Shown: positions 35,587 to 44,575 of the stretch, in pieces
Layout: the number at the start of each line of letters is the position of its first letter
How positions within the stretch are numbered: the stretch's first letter is position 1
Assembly (NCBI GenBank): GCA_036786445.1
Contig: DAIQRD010000001.1
Location: 1-49,550, forward strand
Source: Bacillota bacterium
GTDB taxonomy: Bacteria; Bacillota; Limnochordia; DTU087
Direction of reading: 5' to 3'
Length of the DNA stretch: 49,550 nt
The notes under the pieces: generated by a model
Seen by the model: the letters and a program-made list of their open reading frames with translations, nothing else
What the model was told of the DNA's origin: nothing
Databases searched by the model: none
Translations under genes and position numbers: made by a program

Positions 35587-36798
35587 CTATTCTTTCTTGA
35601 GCAATTGGTCTGGATTAATGAACATATACCCCAAGAGAGCTGCCACCGCGGCCACCGCTCCCACGCCATAGAATAATCCCACACGTTCAAAGCCAATGGC
35701 TCCAAAGACCGGAGGGCCCACCGCAACCCCAAAGAACCTTACCGTTCCATATACCGAGGTGACAACTCCCCGTTCATCTTGGGAGGTAGCGGCGGTGATC
35801 ATGGTATTCAGAGGAGGTAGAACCATGCCAATGCCTATCCCGGCACCGATGACAGTGGCAGGGAAAACGAAGCGCATACCGATACAAAGGGGAACCGCGG
35901 CTAAAGTTAAAGCCGCTATACCCATTCCCGCAATGAGGGCGGTCTTGAGCAGCTGACGCCGTTTTTCCAGAAATACTCCCGTTCCATAGGAGGTAGCTGC
36001 CATGGCCGAGACGGGCACAGCCATTGCCAGCCCCTTGACTAATCCCTGTAGATGAAACCGTTGCTCCAAAATATCCGATAGATAGCTCAAAAAGCCAAAC
36101 AGCACCGATAAGGCCACAAATCCTATGAGAAAGGCAACAGCCAAAGAGACGCCTTTTTTCTTGACGATCTGACCTAATGTAGCGAAATACTTGCTCCATG
36201 ATTCACCCTCCCCACCGGGATTCGGTTCCTTGAGGCCAAACCACACCAGCACGGCGACGGGAAAAGCCAAGATCCCATACACGAAAAAGGGAGCATACCA
36301 ACTTACCATGGCTACCAGAGATCCCAAAATGGGACTCACTACTTTGCCCAACCCATTGGACGCTTCTAGAAAACCCAAATACCTGGTCAACTTCTCTCCA
36401 GTGATCAAATCCGCTGTAAGGGCCATGGCCAGCTGATATGTACCCCCTGCCCCTAACCCCTGTAATACCCTGCCCACCAAAATCACAGTAAAAGGGTCCT
36501 GCAAGGTGACACTGGCGATGCCTGCCACAAGTCCGCCTATACCATAGAGTACGAGGGCAGGGGCGATGATGATCTTCCTACCGATACGATCAGATAGCAT
36601 GCCAGAAAAAGGAATCAAAAGACCTGCCGGCAACGAAAATGCAGTAACCAGCAGGCCCACCTTAACTTGATTGATATGCAAGACCTGTTCAAATTTGGGA
36701 AAAACGGGAATCAGCATGGAGTTACCTAATACCATCACAAAGGGCACTGCACCCAAAATCGCTAGCTCACCCCAACTGAGCTTCTCCCTTTTCACCAC
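35587..36798 (-). CDS. MFS transporter (12-TM, drug:H+ antiporter-like)
   Basis: 403 aa with an MFS loop motif (GMLSDRIGRKIII) and about 12 hydrophobic segments. Confidence 0.85.
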   Translation of the reverse strand: MVKREKLSWGELAILGAVPFVMVLGNSMLIPVFPKFEQVLHINQVKVGLLVTAFSLPAGLLIPFSGMLSDRIGRKIIIAPALVLYGIGGLVAGIASVTLQDPFTVILVGRVLQGLGAGGTYQLAMALTADLITGEKLTRYLGFLEASNGLGKVVSPILGSLVAMVSWYAPFFVYGILAFPVAVLVWFGLKEPNPGGEGESWSKYFATLGQIVKKKGVSLAVAFLIGFVALSVLFGFLSYLSDILEQRFHLQGLVKGLAMAVPVSAMAATSYGTGVFLEKRRQLLKTALIAGMGIAALTLAAVPLCIGMRFVFPATVIGAGIGIGMVLPPLNTMITAATSQDERGVVTSVYGTVRFFGVAVGPPVFGAIGFERVGLFYGVGAVAAVAALLGYMFINPDQLLKKE

Positions 36799-36869
36799 AA
36801 CATCTTCCTCTCATCAACAAAGATGGTGACCCGAAGATATTGTGAGTTGGATGTAGTGCAAACATACCC

Positions 36870-37088
36870 TCAACCCAGTAAGTCGTACCCAGCCCCTGTG
36901 ATAGCCCCCTCTATGGCCTCGGTATCCACCTGCTCAGCATTGTACTTGACAGCCACAGTTCCATTCTTGATGTCGACATCAATGGATTGGACACCCGACA
37001 ATTTCCCGACCATCTCCCGAATGGCCCTCTCACAATGCTGACAATGCATCCCCTGGACGTGAAAAACCTTGTCTTGGGATAACGGCAT
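36870..37088 (-). CDS. copZ: Heavy-metal-associated (HMA) domain copper chaperone, CopZ-like
   Basis: It has the metal-binding motif GMHCQHC and a ferredoxin-like fold of about 70 aa. The ATG at 37088 lies 7-8 nt after GGAGGTG. Confidence 0.8.
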   Translation of the reverse strand: MPLSQDKVFHVQGMHCQHCERAIREMVGKLSGVQSIDVDIKNGTVAVKYNAEQVDTEAIEGAITGAGYDLLG

Positions 37089-37147
37089 GTGCCACACCTC
37101 CTATTCCACTAACCTGAGAATAGTATGTGCTGACAATGGATCAGAAA

Positions 37148-37774
37148 TTAGTCAGTGCTAATGATGGCCGCTGGGAAACCCTTGCTCTCTAGCTCTCGCT
37201 TCAAAGTCTCCGCATTGCTCCGTTCTGCAAAAGCACCTACCTGCACTCTATGCAACGAACCGGGTACCACCAATACCTGGTAACCCTTGTCCCTAAGTTC
37301 TCCCGCTAAGCTCTGAGCATTGACTTCTGAGGAAAATGCTCCCACCTGTACACGAAAAAGTTGTTTGCTCGATGTCGCCGCTGGTACAGTTTGTGGCACC
37401 CCAGGTGCGGGTTTAGGCGTCGGCTCCACCGCCGGCTGAACCTCTCGAGACGGTGATGGTGGTGTAGATTCGGAGGGTGATTGTAGCCGCGTCCCTGGTC
37501 CTCTTGTGTCATCTGCTTCAGGTGTGGCATCTACCTGCGCAGCTGAATTTGGAGGTGTCTGCCGCGCTGTTTCCGCTACTTGCTGCCTCACCCGGTCCCC
37601 CTCCTGAGCGATTTCCCGATCTAGGGCGTTTGTGGCGGCCTGGATGGCATATTGGCCCACCACATAACCAAGGAATATAGCTACACCCGCCACTGCGACT
37701 AGAGTCAGGATTAGGTAGACTCTCTCAAACGCCTTACTCTTTTTCTGTTCTTTGCTTTTCTTCTTTGGAGCCAT
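37148..37774 (-). CDS. SPOR domain-containing membrane protein
   Basis: It has a Lys-rich N-terminus, a TM helix and a Pro/Ser/Thr-rich linker. The C-terminal SPOR repeat reads FRVQVGAFSSEVNAQSLAGELRDKGY...HRVQVGAFAERSNAETLKRELESKGF. The ATG at 37774 follows GGAGGGAAGG. The track ORF extension overlaps the folC 3' end. Confidence 0.8.
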   Translation of the reverse strand: MAPKKKSKEQKKSKAFERVYLILTLVAVAGVAIFLGYVVGQYAIQAATNALDREIAQEGDRVRQQVAETARQTPPNSAAQVDATPEADDTRGPGTRLQSPSESTPPSPSREVQPAVEPTPKPAPGVPQTVPAATSSKQLFRVQVGAFSSEVNAQSLAGELRDKGYQVLVVPGSLHRVQVGAFAERSNAETLKRELESKGFPAAIISTD

Positions 37775-37802
37775 ACCTTCCCTCCGTTCAAAAACCCCAT
37801 TG

Positions 37803-39137
37803 TTACGCCTTAGGTGTTTCTGCACCGAGTGGCGAAATCCCTGCAGAGTCCCGACAATCCACCAGTTGGTGACGGGCTTCACCGATAAGGTACAAAGAAC
37901 CACAAATACACACCACATCCTGAGGTTGGGCCTGCTGCTGCACCCTTGAATAGGCTTCTGCAAAAGACGCAGCAATCTCGGCATCCGGCTTGAACCCTGC
38001 AGCCAATTGCAGCAAATGCGAAGGGTCTACCGGCCTTGTACGGCTCTTTTGGGGGGCCGTGAAAGTCACCGTACTAGCTAAAGGCAGCAACACTTCCAAC
38101 ATAGAGTCTAGGGGTTTGTCGCCAACAATGGCCATGATCAAATGCAATTTCTCCCACGAGAGGTAGACGGGAAGATTCTTGGCCAGCTGGCGAAAACCAT
38201 CTAGATTATGAGCCCCATCCAGCACTACAATGGGCTCAGTATCCACAACTTCCAGGCGACCAGGCCAGCGGGCTACTGCTAATCCTCGGGCAATATCCTC
38301 CCCGGAAATGTGCAATCCCTGCTCTGCCAACTCATCCACTGCAGCTAAGGCAGTGAGTGCATTGGTGATCTGAAATAAACCCAATAACCCGATACGCAAA
38401 GTCAGTATTTGACCCGGACTAGAAACAGTAAAGCTAGTCCCTAAAGGACTAGGCTTTATCGCGGCACTCTGGTATCTAGCCTCCACATCCACGGTACGGG
38501 CCTGACGGGCTTGGGCAACTTGGCTGATCACTGCCTTGGCACCACTTGCTTGAGGCGCCATGATCACTACACCACCCCAGGGGATCACATCGGCCTTTTC
38601 TGCAGCGATCAATTCCACCGTTTCCCCTAGAATCTCTGTATGATCAAGGTCAATATGGGTGAATACCGTTACCACGGGCTGACCCACATGGGTAGCATCA
38701 TATCGGCCTCCAAGGCCGGCTTCCAGTATGGCGTAATCCATACCTTCCCGGTTGAAATACTCCAAAGCAATGGCAGTAGCCACCTCAAACATCCCCGGCC
38801 TACCTAGCTCGCTCACCGCCAGTTTATCTAGGCAGGGGTGCAGTTTTTGGAAAAGCTCCTCCAGAACCCCATCACCAATGGGTACTCCATTGATCCGCAT
38901 TCGCTCATTGAATCTCACCAGATGTGGCGATGTATATAGACCTACCTTCTGCCCAGCCGCCTGCAAGATGGAGGCAATAAACTGGGAGGTAGAGCCTTTA
39001 CCGTTGGTGCCCACCACATGCACTATGTTTAGGCCCTTTTCCGGGTGACCCAAATACTCCAGGAGAAAATTGATCCGCGCCAGTCCGGGTTGCCCCTGAC
39101 CTGGACCGAGATTCGCCAGATATGTATGAACTTCCAT
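37803..39137 (-). CDS. folC: Bifunctional folylpolyglutamate synthase / dihydrofolate synthase
   Basis: It has the Mur-ligase P-loop VVGTNGKGST and follows valS as in Bacillus. The ATG at 39137 lies 8 nt after GGGAGGGG. Confidence 0.92.
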   Translation of the reverse strand: MEVHTYLANLGPGQGQPGLARINFLLEYLGHPEKGLNIVHVVGTNGKGSTSQFIASILQAAGQKVGLYTSPHLVRFNERMRINGVPIGDGVLEELFQKLHPCLDKLAVSELGRPGMFEVATAIALEYFNREGMDYAILEAGLGGRYDATHVGQPVVTVFTHIDLDHTEILGETVELIAAEKADVIPWGGVVIMAPQASGAKAVISQVAQARQARTVDVEARYQSAAIKPSPLGTSFTVSSPGQILTLRIGLLGLFQITNALTALAAVDELAEQGLHISGEDIARGLAVARWPGRLEVVDTEPIVVLDGAHNLDGFRQLAKNLPVYLSWEKLHLIMAIVGDKPLDSMLEVLLPLASTVTFTAPQKSRTRPVDPSHLLQLAAGFKPDAEIAASFAEAYSRVQQQAQPQDVVCICGSLYLIGEARHQLVDCRDSAGISPLGAETPKA

Positions 39138-39202
39138 CCTGTGCACCCCTCCCTAGAGGACGCTACGTGATGCTTTCACATCTGTCTTGAAGAGACCATA
39201 GC

Positions 39203-39231
39203 AAACCCGGCCCTTCTTCGAGGCCGGGTTT
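39203..39231 (-). terminator. Stem-loop terminator after valS
   Basis: AAACCCGGCC, a 9-nt loop, then GGCCGGGUUU. This is a 10-bp perfect stem located 25 nt after the valS stop. Confidence 0.6.
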
Positions 39232-39255
39232 ACCATACTATAAGAGCCAATATCC

Positions 39256-41943
39256 TTAATCTACTAGGTCCTTTAGCCGCACCTCGAGCATGGCTTCCTT
39301 ATCCCGCAACAAGGTGAGCTTTTCTTCTTCTTTGGCCACAATCTCCCTAGGTGCTTTATTTACGAAGCCAGGGTTGCCCAATTTCCCCTCGGCTCTCTTG
39401 ATCTCTAGACCCGTCATCTCCAGCTCTTTCTGCAGCCGCGCAATTTCCTGGCTAATGTCCACTAGACCAGCTAAGGGCAGGTACATTTCCACCCCACCGG
39501 CCACTGCTGTTACAGCTCTTTCCGGTTTCGCATCCCCGAAGGAACCAATCTGCAAGTCTCCTACCCGGGCCAACACCTGGAGATATCCCTGTGCCTCCTG
39601 CAACAACGCTTTCTGATCGGCGCCGGCATGGACAATCACCGAGATCTCTCTACCGGGAGCCACTTTCTTCTCACTCCTAATGTTGCGGATGGCTCTCACC
39701 ATGTCCATCACTGCAGCCATCTTCATTTCCACTTGGCCATCGGGGGCCTTAGCCTCGGGCCAGGATGCCAACATGATGGTCTCACCGGCATGGGGCAAAT
39801 GCTGCCAGATCTCCTCAGTGATAAAGGGCATAAACGGATGCAAGAGCCGCAAAGTCCCCTCCAATACATGCCAGAGCACGTACTGAGAGGCTTGCCTCGC
39901 ATCTTCACCCAGTCGACCATAGAGATTGGGTTTTATCATCTCCACATACCAGTCACAAAGCTCTGTCCAGACGAAGTCATATAGCGCCCGGGCGGCCTCC
40001 CCCAAATCGTAGCGTTCCAGCCAGCGGGTGGTTTCCTCTATAGTGCTTTGGTAACGGCTCAAGATCCACCTGTCGGCCAGACTCAACTTTATGGCAGTCT
40101 GTTGCACACCCTCAGGCTGGAAATCTACCAAGTTCATCAACGCGAATCGGGACACATTCCAGATCTTGTTGGCGAAATTCCTGTAAGCCTCCACTTTTTC
40201 CTCACGATAGCGGGTGTCATTGCCCGGGGAGGTTCCAATAACTAAGCTAAACCGCAGGGCATCTGCGCCAAATTCCTCTATGACATCTATGGGGTCTACG
40301 CCATTGCCTAAGGACTTGCTCATCTTCCGCCCCTGGGAATCCCGAATAAGTCCATGAATAAGGATGTCATGGAAAGGCACATCACCCATAAACTCCAGAC
40401 CCATACACATCATCCTGGCTACCCAGAAATATATGATATCAAATCCCGTCACCAATACAGATGTGGGATAGAAGTGCTGAAGCTCCCTGGTTTCCTCCGG
40501 CCATCCCAGAGTAGAAAAGGGCCAGAGAGCAGAGCTAAACCACGTATCCAAAACATCGGAGTCCTGGCGGAGATCGGTGCCCCCACACGCAGGACATGCT
40601 GTAGGATCTGTCTTGGTCACGATGATCTCGCCACAAGCACAGTACCAAACCGGTACCCGATGTCCCCACCATAGCTGCCGGGAGATGCACCAATCCCGAA
40701 CATCCTCCATCCAGTTCAGGTAGTTCCTAGTGAACCGCTCTGGCACAAACTGACTATCGCCCTCCACAACGGCTCTAATGGCCGGTTCCGCCAGGGGCTG
40801 CATCTTCACAAACCACTGCTTGCTGAGCAAGGGTTCCACAGTATGATCACAACGGGTGCACTGTCCTACGGCATGCTCATGATCAACGATCTTATCTATC
40901 AATCCCTGATCTCCCAGATCCGCAAGCACCGCTTCCCGGGCAACGTAGCGATCAAGCCCCTGGTATTTGCCTCCTTCAGAGGTAATCTTGGCGTCACCGT
41001 CTAGCACCAAGATAGCCGGCAACCCATGGCGCTGGGCCACATCGAAGTCATTGGGGTCGTGGGCTGGCGTGATCTTCACAACACCTGTGCCAAACTCCTG
41101 ATCGACATAATCGTCGGCTATAATTGGAATTTCCCGTTCCATTAAGGGCAAAATACAGGTCTTACCTATGAAATGCTGATAGCGAGTATCCTTGGGATTG
41201 ACAGCTAGCGCCGTATCTCCCAACATGGTCTCAGGCCGAGTAGTGGCTACCACAATGTAATCTCCCGAGCCATCAGCCAAAGGGTATCTGATATGCCAAA
41301 GCTTAGCTTGGGTCTCTTCATGCTCTACTTCAATATCGGACAGAGCTGTACTGCAGCGAGGACACCAATTGATGATATAGTCCCCTTGATATATCAAGCC
41401 CTTATCGTAGAGCTCCACAAATACCTCCCGCACGGCCTGGGAGCATCCTTCATCCATGGTAAACCGTTCCCTATCCCAGTCGCAGGATGCACCTAAGCGT
41501 CGCAACTGCTCCAAAATCCGACCACCATACTCTTCCTTCCACTGCCAAACCCGCTGGAGGAATTCTTCTCTTCCCAAGTCATGCCGGGTTTTTCCCTCAG
41601 TGTTCCGTAGATGCTCCTCCACCCTGGCCTGGGTAGCGATGCCGGCATGATCCATTCCAGGAATCCAAGTAGTATTGTACCCCTGCATCCGCCTCCAGCG
41701 GATGATGATATCTTGCATGGTAGTATCCATCGCATGTCCCAAATGCAACTGCCCGGTAACATTGGGAGGCGGGATCACAATACTGAAGGGTGGTTTAGTT
41801 GAATCGACTTCGGCATGGAAATATCCTCTATCTTCCCAGGTTTGGTACCATTTGGCTTCCACGGCATGGGGGTCATAGACAGTGGGGATCTCCCTTTCTG
41901 CCGCTGTAGCCTGACTTGCAGTTTCCGTTGTATTTGCCACCAC
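39256..41943 (-). CDS. valS: Valine--tRNA ligase
   Basis: It has HIGH (PPPNVTGQLHLGHAM), KMSKS (GRKMSKSLGN) and a C-terminal coiled coil. The AAGGAGG SD lies inside the track ORF, so the start is one of two tandem GTGs (41943 or 41940). Confidence 0.97.
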   Translation of the reverse strand: MVANTTETASQATAAEREIPTVYDPHAVEAKWYQTWEDRGYFHAEVDSTKPPFSIVIPPPNVTGQLHLGHAMDTTMQDIIIRWRRMQGYNTTWIPGMDHAGIATQARVEEHLRNTEGKTRHDLGREEFLQRVWQWKEEYGGRILEQLRRLGASCDWDRERFTMDEGCSQAVREVFVELYDKGLIYQGDYIINWCPRCSTALSDIEVEHEETQAKLWHIRYPLADGSGDYIVVATTRPETMLGDTALAVNPKDTRYQHFIGKTCILPLMEREIPIIADDYVDQEFGTGVVKITPAHDPNDFDVAQRHGLPAILVLDGDAKITSEGGKYQGLDRYVAREAVLADLGDQGLIDKIVDHEHAVGQCTRCDHTVEPLLSKQWFVKMQPLAEPAIRAVVEGDSQFVPERFTRNYLNWMEDVRDWCISRQLWWGHRVPVWYCACGEIIVTKTDPTACPACGGTDLRQDSDVLDTWFSSALWPFSTLGWPEETRELQHFYPTSVLVTGFDIIYFWVARMMCMGLEFMGDVPFHDILIHGLIRDSQGRKMSKSLGNGVDPIDVIEEFGADALRFSLVIGTSPGNDTRYREEKVEAYRNFANKIWNVSRFALMNLVDFQPEGVQQTAIKLSLADRWILSRYQSTIEETTRWLERYDLGEAARALYDFVWTELCDWYVEMIKPNLYGRLGEDARQASQYVLWHVLEGTLRLLHPFMPFITEEIWQHLPHAGETIMLASWPEAKAPDGQVEMKMAAVMDMVRAIRNIRSEKKVAPGREISVIVHAGADQKALLQEAQGYLQVLARVGDLQIGSFGDAKPERAVTAVAGGVEMYLPLAGLVDISQEIARLQKELEMTGLEIKRAEGKLGNPGFVNKAPREIVAKEEEKLTLLRDKEAMLEVRLKDLVD

Positions 41944-41985
41944 GCACGCCTCCTTCTCTAATGAAATCAAAGTACCATAAACACA

Positions 41986-42259
41986 AAAAGAGCATCGCCC
42001 CCAAGGACGAAAGCTCTCTACTTCCGCGTTACCACCTTAATTCCGCCAAAAAAGCCCGGAGACCCATTGGCGGCACTCTCCCTGCTATAACGGGCAGACC
42101 CGACCATACCTACTAACCATGCCTCAAAAGATGACATAGTGTTCAAATGGCAACTCCAGGGCGACCTTCAGCAATTCCTACCGAGGAGCCCTCTCAACCG
42201 CTGGGACCCCCTCTCTGACGGAGGTGACTGCCTACTCCTCCCTTTCACAGTCTCAATTT
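41986..42259 (-). promoter_or_regulatory. T-box riboswitch leader of valS (apparent Val GUC specifier)
   Basis: The minus-strand RNA has CAGAGAGGGGGUCCCAGCGGUUGAGAGGGCUCC (stem I) and the specifier context GCUGAAG-GUC-GCC (GUC = 42165..42163). The T-box sequence AAUUAAGGUGGUAACGCG lies at 42042..42025. The terminator AGAGCUUUCGUCC-UUGG-GGGCGAUGCUCU plus UUUUU lies at 42018..41986. Confidence 0.85.
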
Positions 42260-42265
42260 GCCTTA

Positions 42266-42294
42266 ATCTTACCTAACCGAAGGGGAAATGTCAA
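42266..42294 (-). promoter_or_regulatory. Sigma-A type promoter for the valS T-box leader
   Basis: Minus strand TTGACA (42294..42289), a 17-nt spacer, then TAAGAT (42271..42266). Confidence 0.65.
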
Positions 42295-42383
42295 TAGCGG
42301 TGCGAAACCCGGGAACTTCTGACTTTTGCACGGCGCTGCCGGTTCCTGTGGCCGATAATGCAACACTTTCGCAACATCCTATG

Positions 42384-42392
42384 TGCTATAAT
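42384..42392 (+). promoter_or_regulatory. Extended -10 element (TGcTATAAT) upstream of the response regulator gene
   Basis: TGCTATAAT lies 39 nt before the ATG at 42431. The -35 is weak (CTTTCG region). This is a sequence match only. Confidence 0.35.
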
Positions 42393-42430
42393 AATAGCTG
42401 GACCAATTATCTTGCGAGGGGAGAGGTAGA

Positions 42431-43120
42431 ATGCCGGAGAAAATCCTAGTAGTCGATGATGAGCAATCCATTGTGGAGCTGATCAGGTTTAACCTAGAGA
42501 AAGAAGACTGGCAAGTTGTCACTGCCAATGATGGGGATGAAGCCATCCAGATATTTAGACGGGAAAAACCGGATTTAGTTGTACTGGATATCATGATGCC
42601 CTTGAAAGACGGATGGGCTGTCTGCCGTGAGTTAAGAGAGGTTTCTGCTGTCCCCATAATCATGTTGACAGCCAAAGAGGAAGAAGCTGACAAGGTCAAA
42701 GGCTTAGAGATCGGTGCCGACGATTATGTGACCAAGCCCTTCAGCCCCAAAGAACTGGTGGCTAGAGTCAGAGCCGCGCTACGCCGGGCATCCCACGCGG
42801 GGCCGGCCAGTGAGCATGTGGTGACCCTTGAGGGGTTGCGCATAGACATCGATCGTCATATGGTCACTCTCGATGATGAGCCCATGGTTTTGACTCCTAA
42901 GGAATTCGACCTGTTACTCCTCTTGGTCCGCAACAAAGGAAAAGTTCTCAGTCGGGACATGCTCTTGGAGACTGTCTGGGGCTATGACTATGGTGGTGAA
43001 ACCAGGACAGTTGATGTGCATATTCGCCGCCTGCGTCAGAAGATGGATGAAGACCCAGCTCAGCCCCGTTATATCCATACTGTGCACGGTGTAGGCTATA
43101 AAGTGGAGGAGCCTAGATAA
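42431..43120 (+). CDS. OmpR-family response regulator (PhoP/WalR-like)
   Basis: The receiver domain reads ILVVDDE...DLVVLDIMMP...LTAK. The winged-helix output reads LTPKEFDLLLLL...VDVHIRRLRQK...TVHGVGYK. It is strongly similar by eye to B. subtilis PhoP. Confidence 0.92.
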   Translation: MPEKILVVDDEQSIVELIRFNLEKEDWQVVTANDGDEAIQIFRREKPDLVVLDIMMPLKDGWAVCRELREVSAVPIIMLTAKEEEADKVKGLEIGADDYVTKPFSPKELVARVRAALRRASHAGPASEHVVTLEGLRIDIDRHMVTLDDEPMVLTPKEFDLLLLLVRNKGKVLSRDMLLETVWGYDYGGETRTVDVHIRRLRQKMDEDPAQPRYIHTVHGVGYKVEEPR

Positions 43121-43123
43121 ACC

Positions 43124-44557
43124 ATGGATCAATCCCGCTCTCAGCGCCTTAGCCATAAGACTTTGATATTTCAAGGACAGCTACTCCTTGGTACTGCCCT
43201 GGCAGCGGCAGCCGGTGTCTGGTTGCTTCGGGGTACCTTCTGGTGGCCGGCATGGGTTCTCTTGATCACTGGGATCTCCATCCATCTAACATACATTTAC
43301 ACCCGAAGCCATTTCTTTGAACCCATCCGTAGCATTCAAGTTGCGATTAGCCGCGTCGCTCAAGGCGAATTGGAGGAACGGGTGGTATTGCGTTCCACTG
43401 GCGATGTCGAGTTTGTGGAATTGAGTGAAGCTATTAACGCCATGGCGGAACACTATGCCTTGCTTGTGGAAGAAGCCACACGACATCGCAATCATCTCAA
43501 TGCCATATTGTCGAGTTTGGTAGATGCCTTGGTAGCGGTTGACCAGGACCTTAGGATTACCATGATCAACCCTGCCGCCAGCAGCCTCTTGGGCATCACT
43601 CCAGACAGCCGGGGGCGCTACCTCCTGGAGTGCATCCGCAACTACGACTTAAGTCAGCTTTTCCAGCAGGTGTTGCAGGATCAGACCCCTGTTCAGCAAG
43701 AGATTCAGATCTTTTCACCCCAACACCATATTTTCCGCACCATTGTCAGTCCCGTTCGGTCCCAAAGAACCGGTAGACTCGTGGGGGTTGTGGCCATCCT
43801 CCACGATATTACAGAACAGAAGCGCCTAGAGCAGATGCGCACCGATTTTGTTGCTAATGTCTCCCACGAGTTGCGTACCCCTCTCACTTCTGTCAAGGGT
43901 TTTGTTGAGACTTTGCTAGATGGGGCCATCGATGAGCCCGAGTCTGCTCGTCGCTTTCTCACCATTGTAGCCGGAGAGACAGACCGCATGGTGAACCTAG
44001 TCAAGGACCTCTTAGAGCTTTCCCGTTTGGAGGCTTCTGATCGGGCCTGGAATCTATCAACAGTGGACTTGGCGGAAATCGTCCAGGACATGACCAGCGC
44101 CTACCAAGAGCGGTCTCAGGAACTTGGATTACTGCTGCACATCGCCATTAAAGACGATTTGCCACGTGTCAATGGCGATGCAACTCTGCTGCGCCAAGTG
44201 ATGGCCAATCTCCTAGATAACGCCCTCAAATACACTGATTCAGGCGGCCAGGTGTGGCTGACCCTTTCCAGCAATGGCACGGAGGTCTTGCTCGAGGTCC
44301 AGGACACTGGAGTGGGCATTCCCGCTAAACATCTAGATCGCATTTTCGAGCGATTCTATCGAGTAGATAAAGGACGCTGTCGCCAGAGGGGCGGTACAGG
44401 TTTGGGGCTAGCCATCGTGAAGCACATTGTGGAAAAGCACGGTGGGACTATAGAGATTCAGAGCGAGTATGGGCTAGGTTCAACGTTTACAGTCACCTTA
44501 CCCGGAGCCGAGGTAGAACAAGATATGCAAGATAGGGCAGCAGCTGCTGCCCTATGA
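43124..44557 (+). CDS. Sensor histidine kinase (2 TM - HAMP - PAS - HisKA - HATPase; PhoR-like)
   Basis: It has the H-box SHELRTPLTSVKGF, the N-box LLDNALKYT, and the G-boxes DTGVGI / GGTGLGLAI. The periplasmic loop between the two TM helices is very short. Confidence 0.92.
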   Translation: MDQSRSQRLSHKTLIFQGQLLLGTALAAAAGVWLLRGTFWWPAWVLLITGISIHLTYIYTRSHFFEPIRSIQVAISRVAQGELEERVVLRSTGDVEFVELSEAINAMAEHYALLVEEATRHRNHLNAILSSLVDALVAVDQDLRITMINPAASSLLGITPDSRGRYLLECIRNYDLSQLFQQVLQDQTPVQQEIQIFSPQHHIFRTIVSPVRSQRTGRLVGVVAILHDITEQKRLEQMRTDFVANVSHELRTPLTSVKGFVETLLDGAIDEPESARRFLTIVAGETDRMVNLVKDLLELSRLEASDRAWNLSTVDLAEIVQDMTSAYQERSQELGLLLHIAIKDDLPRVNGDATLLRQVMANLLDNALKYTDSGGQVWLTLSSNGTEVLLEVQDTGVGIPAKHLDRIFERFYRVDKGRCRQRGGTGLGLAIVKHIVEKHGGTIEIQSEYGLGSTFTVTLPGAEVEQDMQDRAAAAAL

Positions 44558-44565
44558 TTTTCCAT
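44533..44565 (+). terminator. Palindromic hairpin overlapping the kinase stop codon (bidirectional terminator candidate)
   Basis: UAGGGCAGCAGCUGCUGCCCUA (a 22-nt perfect palindrome, 44533..44554) is followed by UGAUUUUCC. It lies between convergent genes. Confidence 0.55.
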
Positions 44566-44575
44566 GACCAGCCAC

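Noticed and set aside
37775-37984. A 70-codon upstream extension of the SPOR-domain ORF that overlaps the folC 3' end.
   Set aside because: A strong SD (GGAGGGAAGG) precedes the internal ATG at 37774. The extension has no membrane or SPOR features and overlaps conserved FolC C-terminal coding sequence.
42379-42699. A 106-aa minus-strand ORF opposite the response regulator gene.
   Set aside because: It is antisense to a strongly supported OmpR-family receiver domain. Its translation is Ser/Thr-rich and low in complexity.
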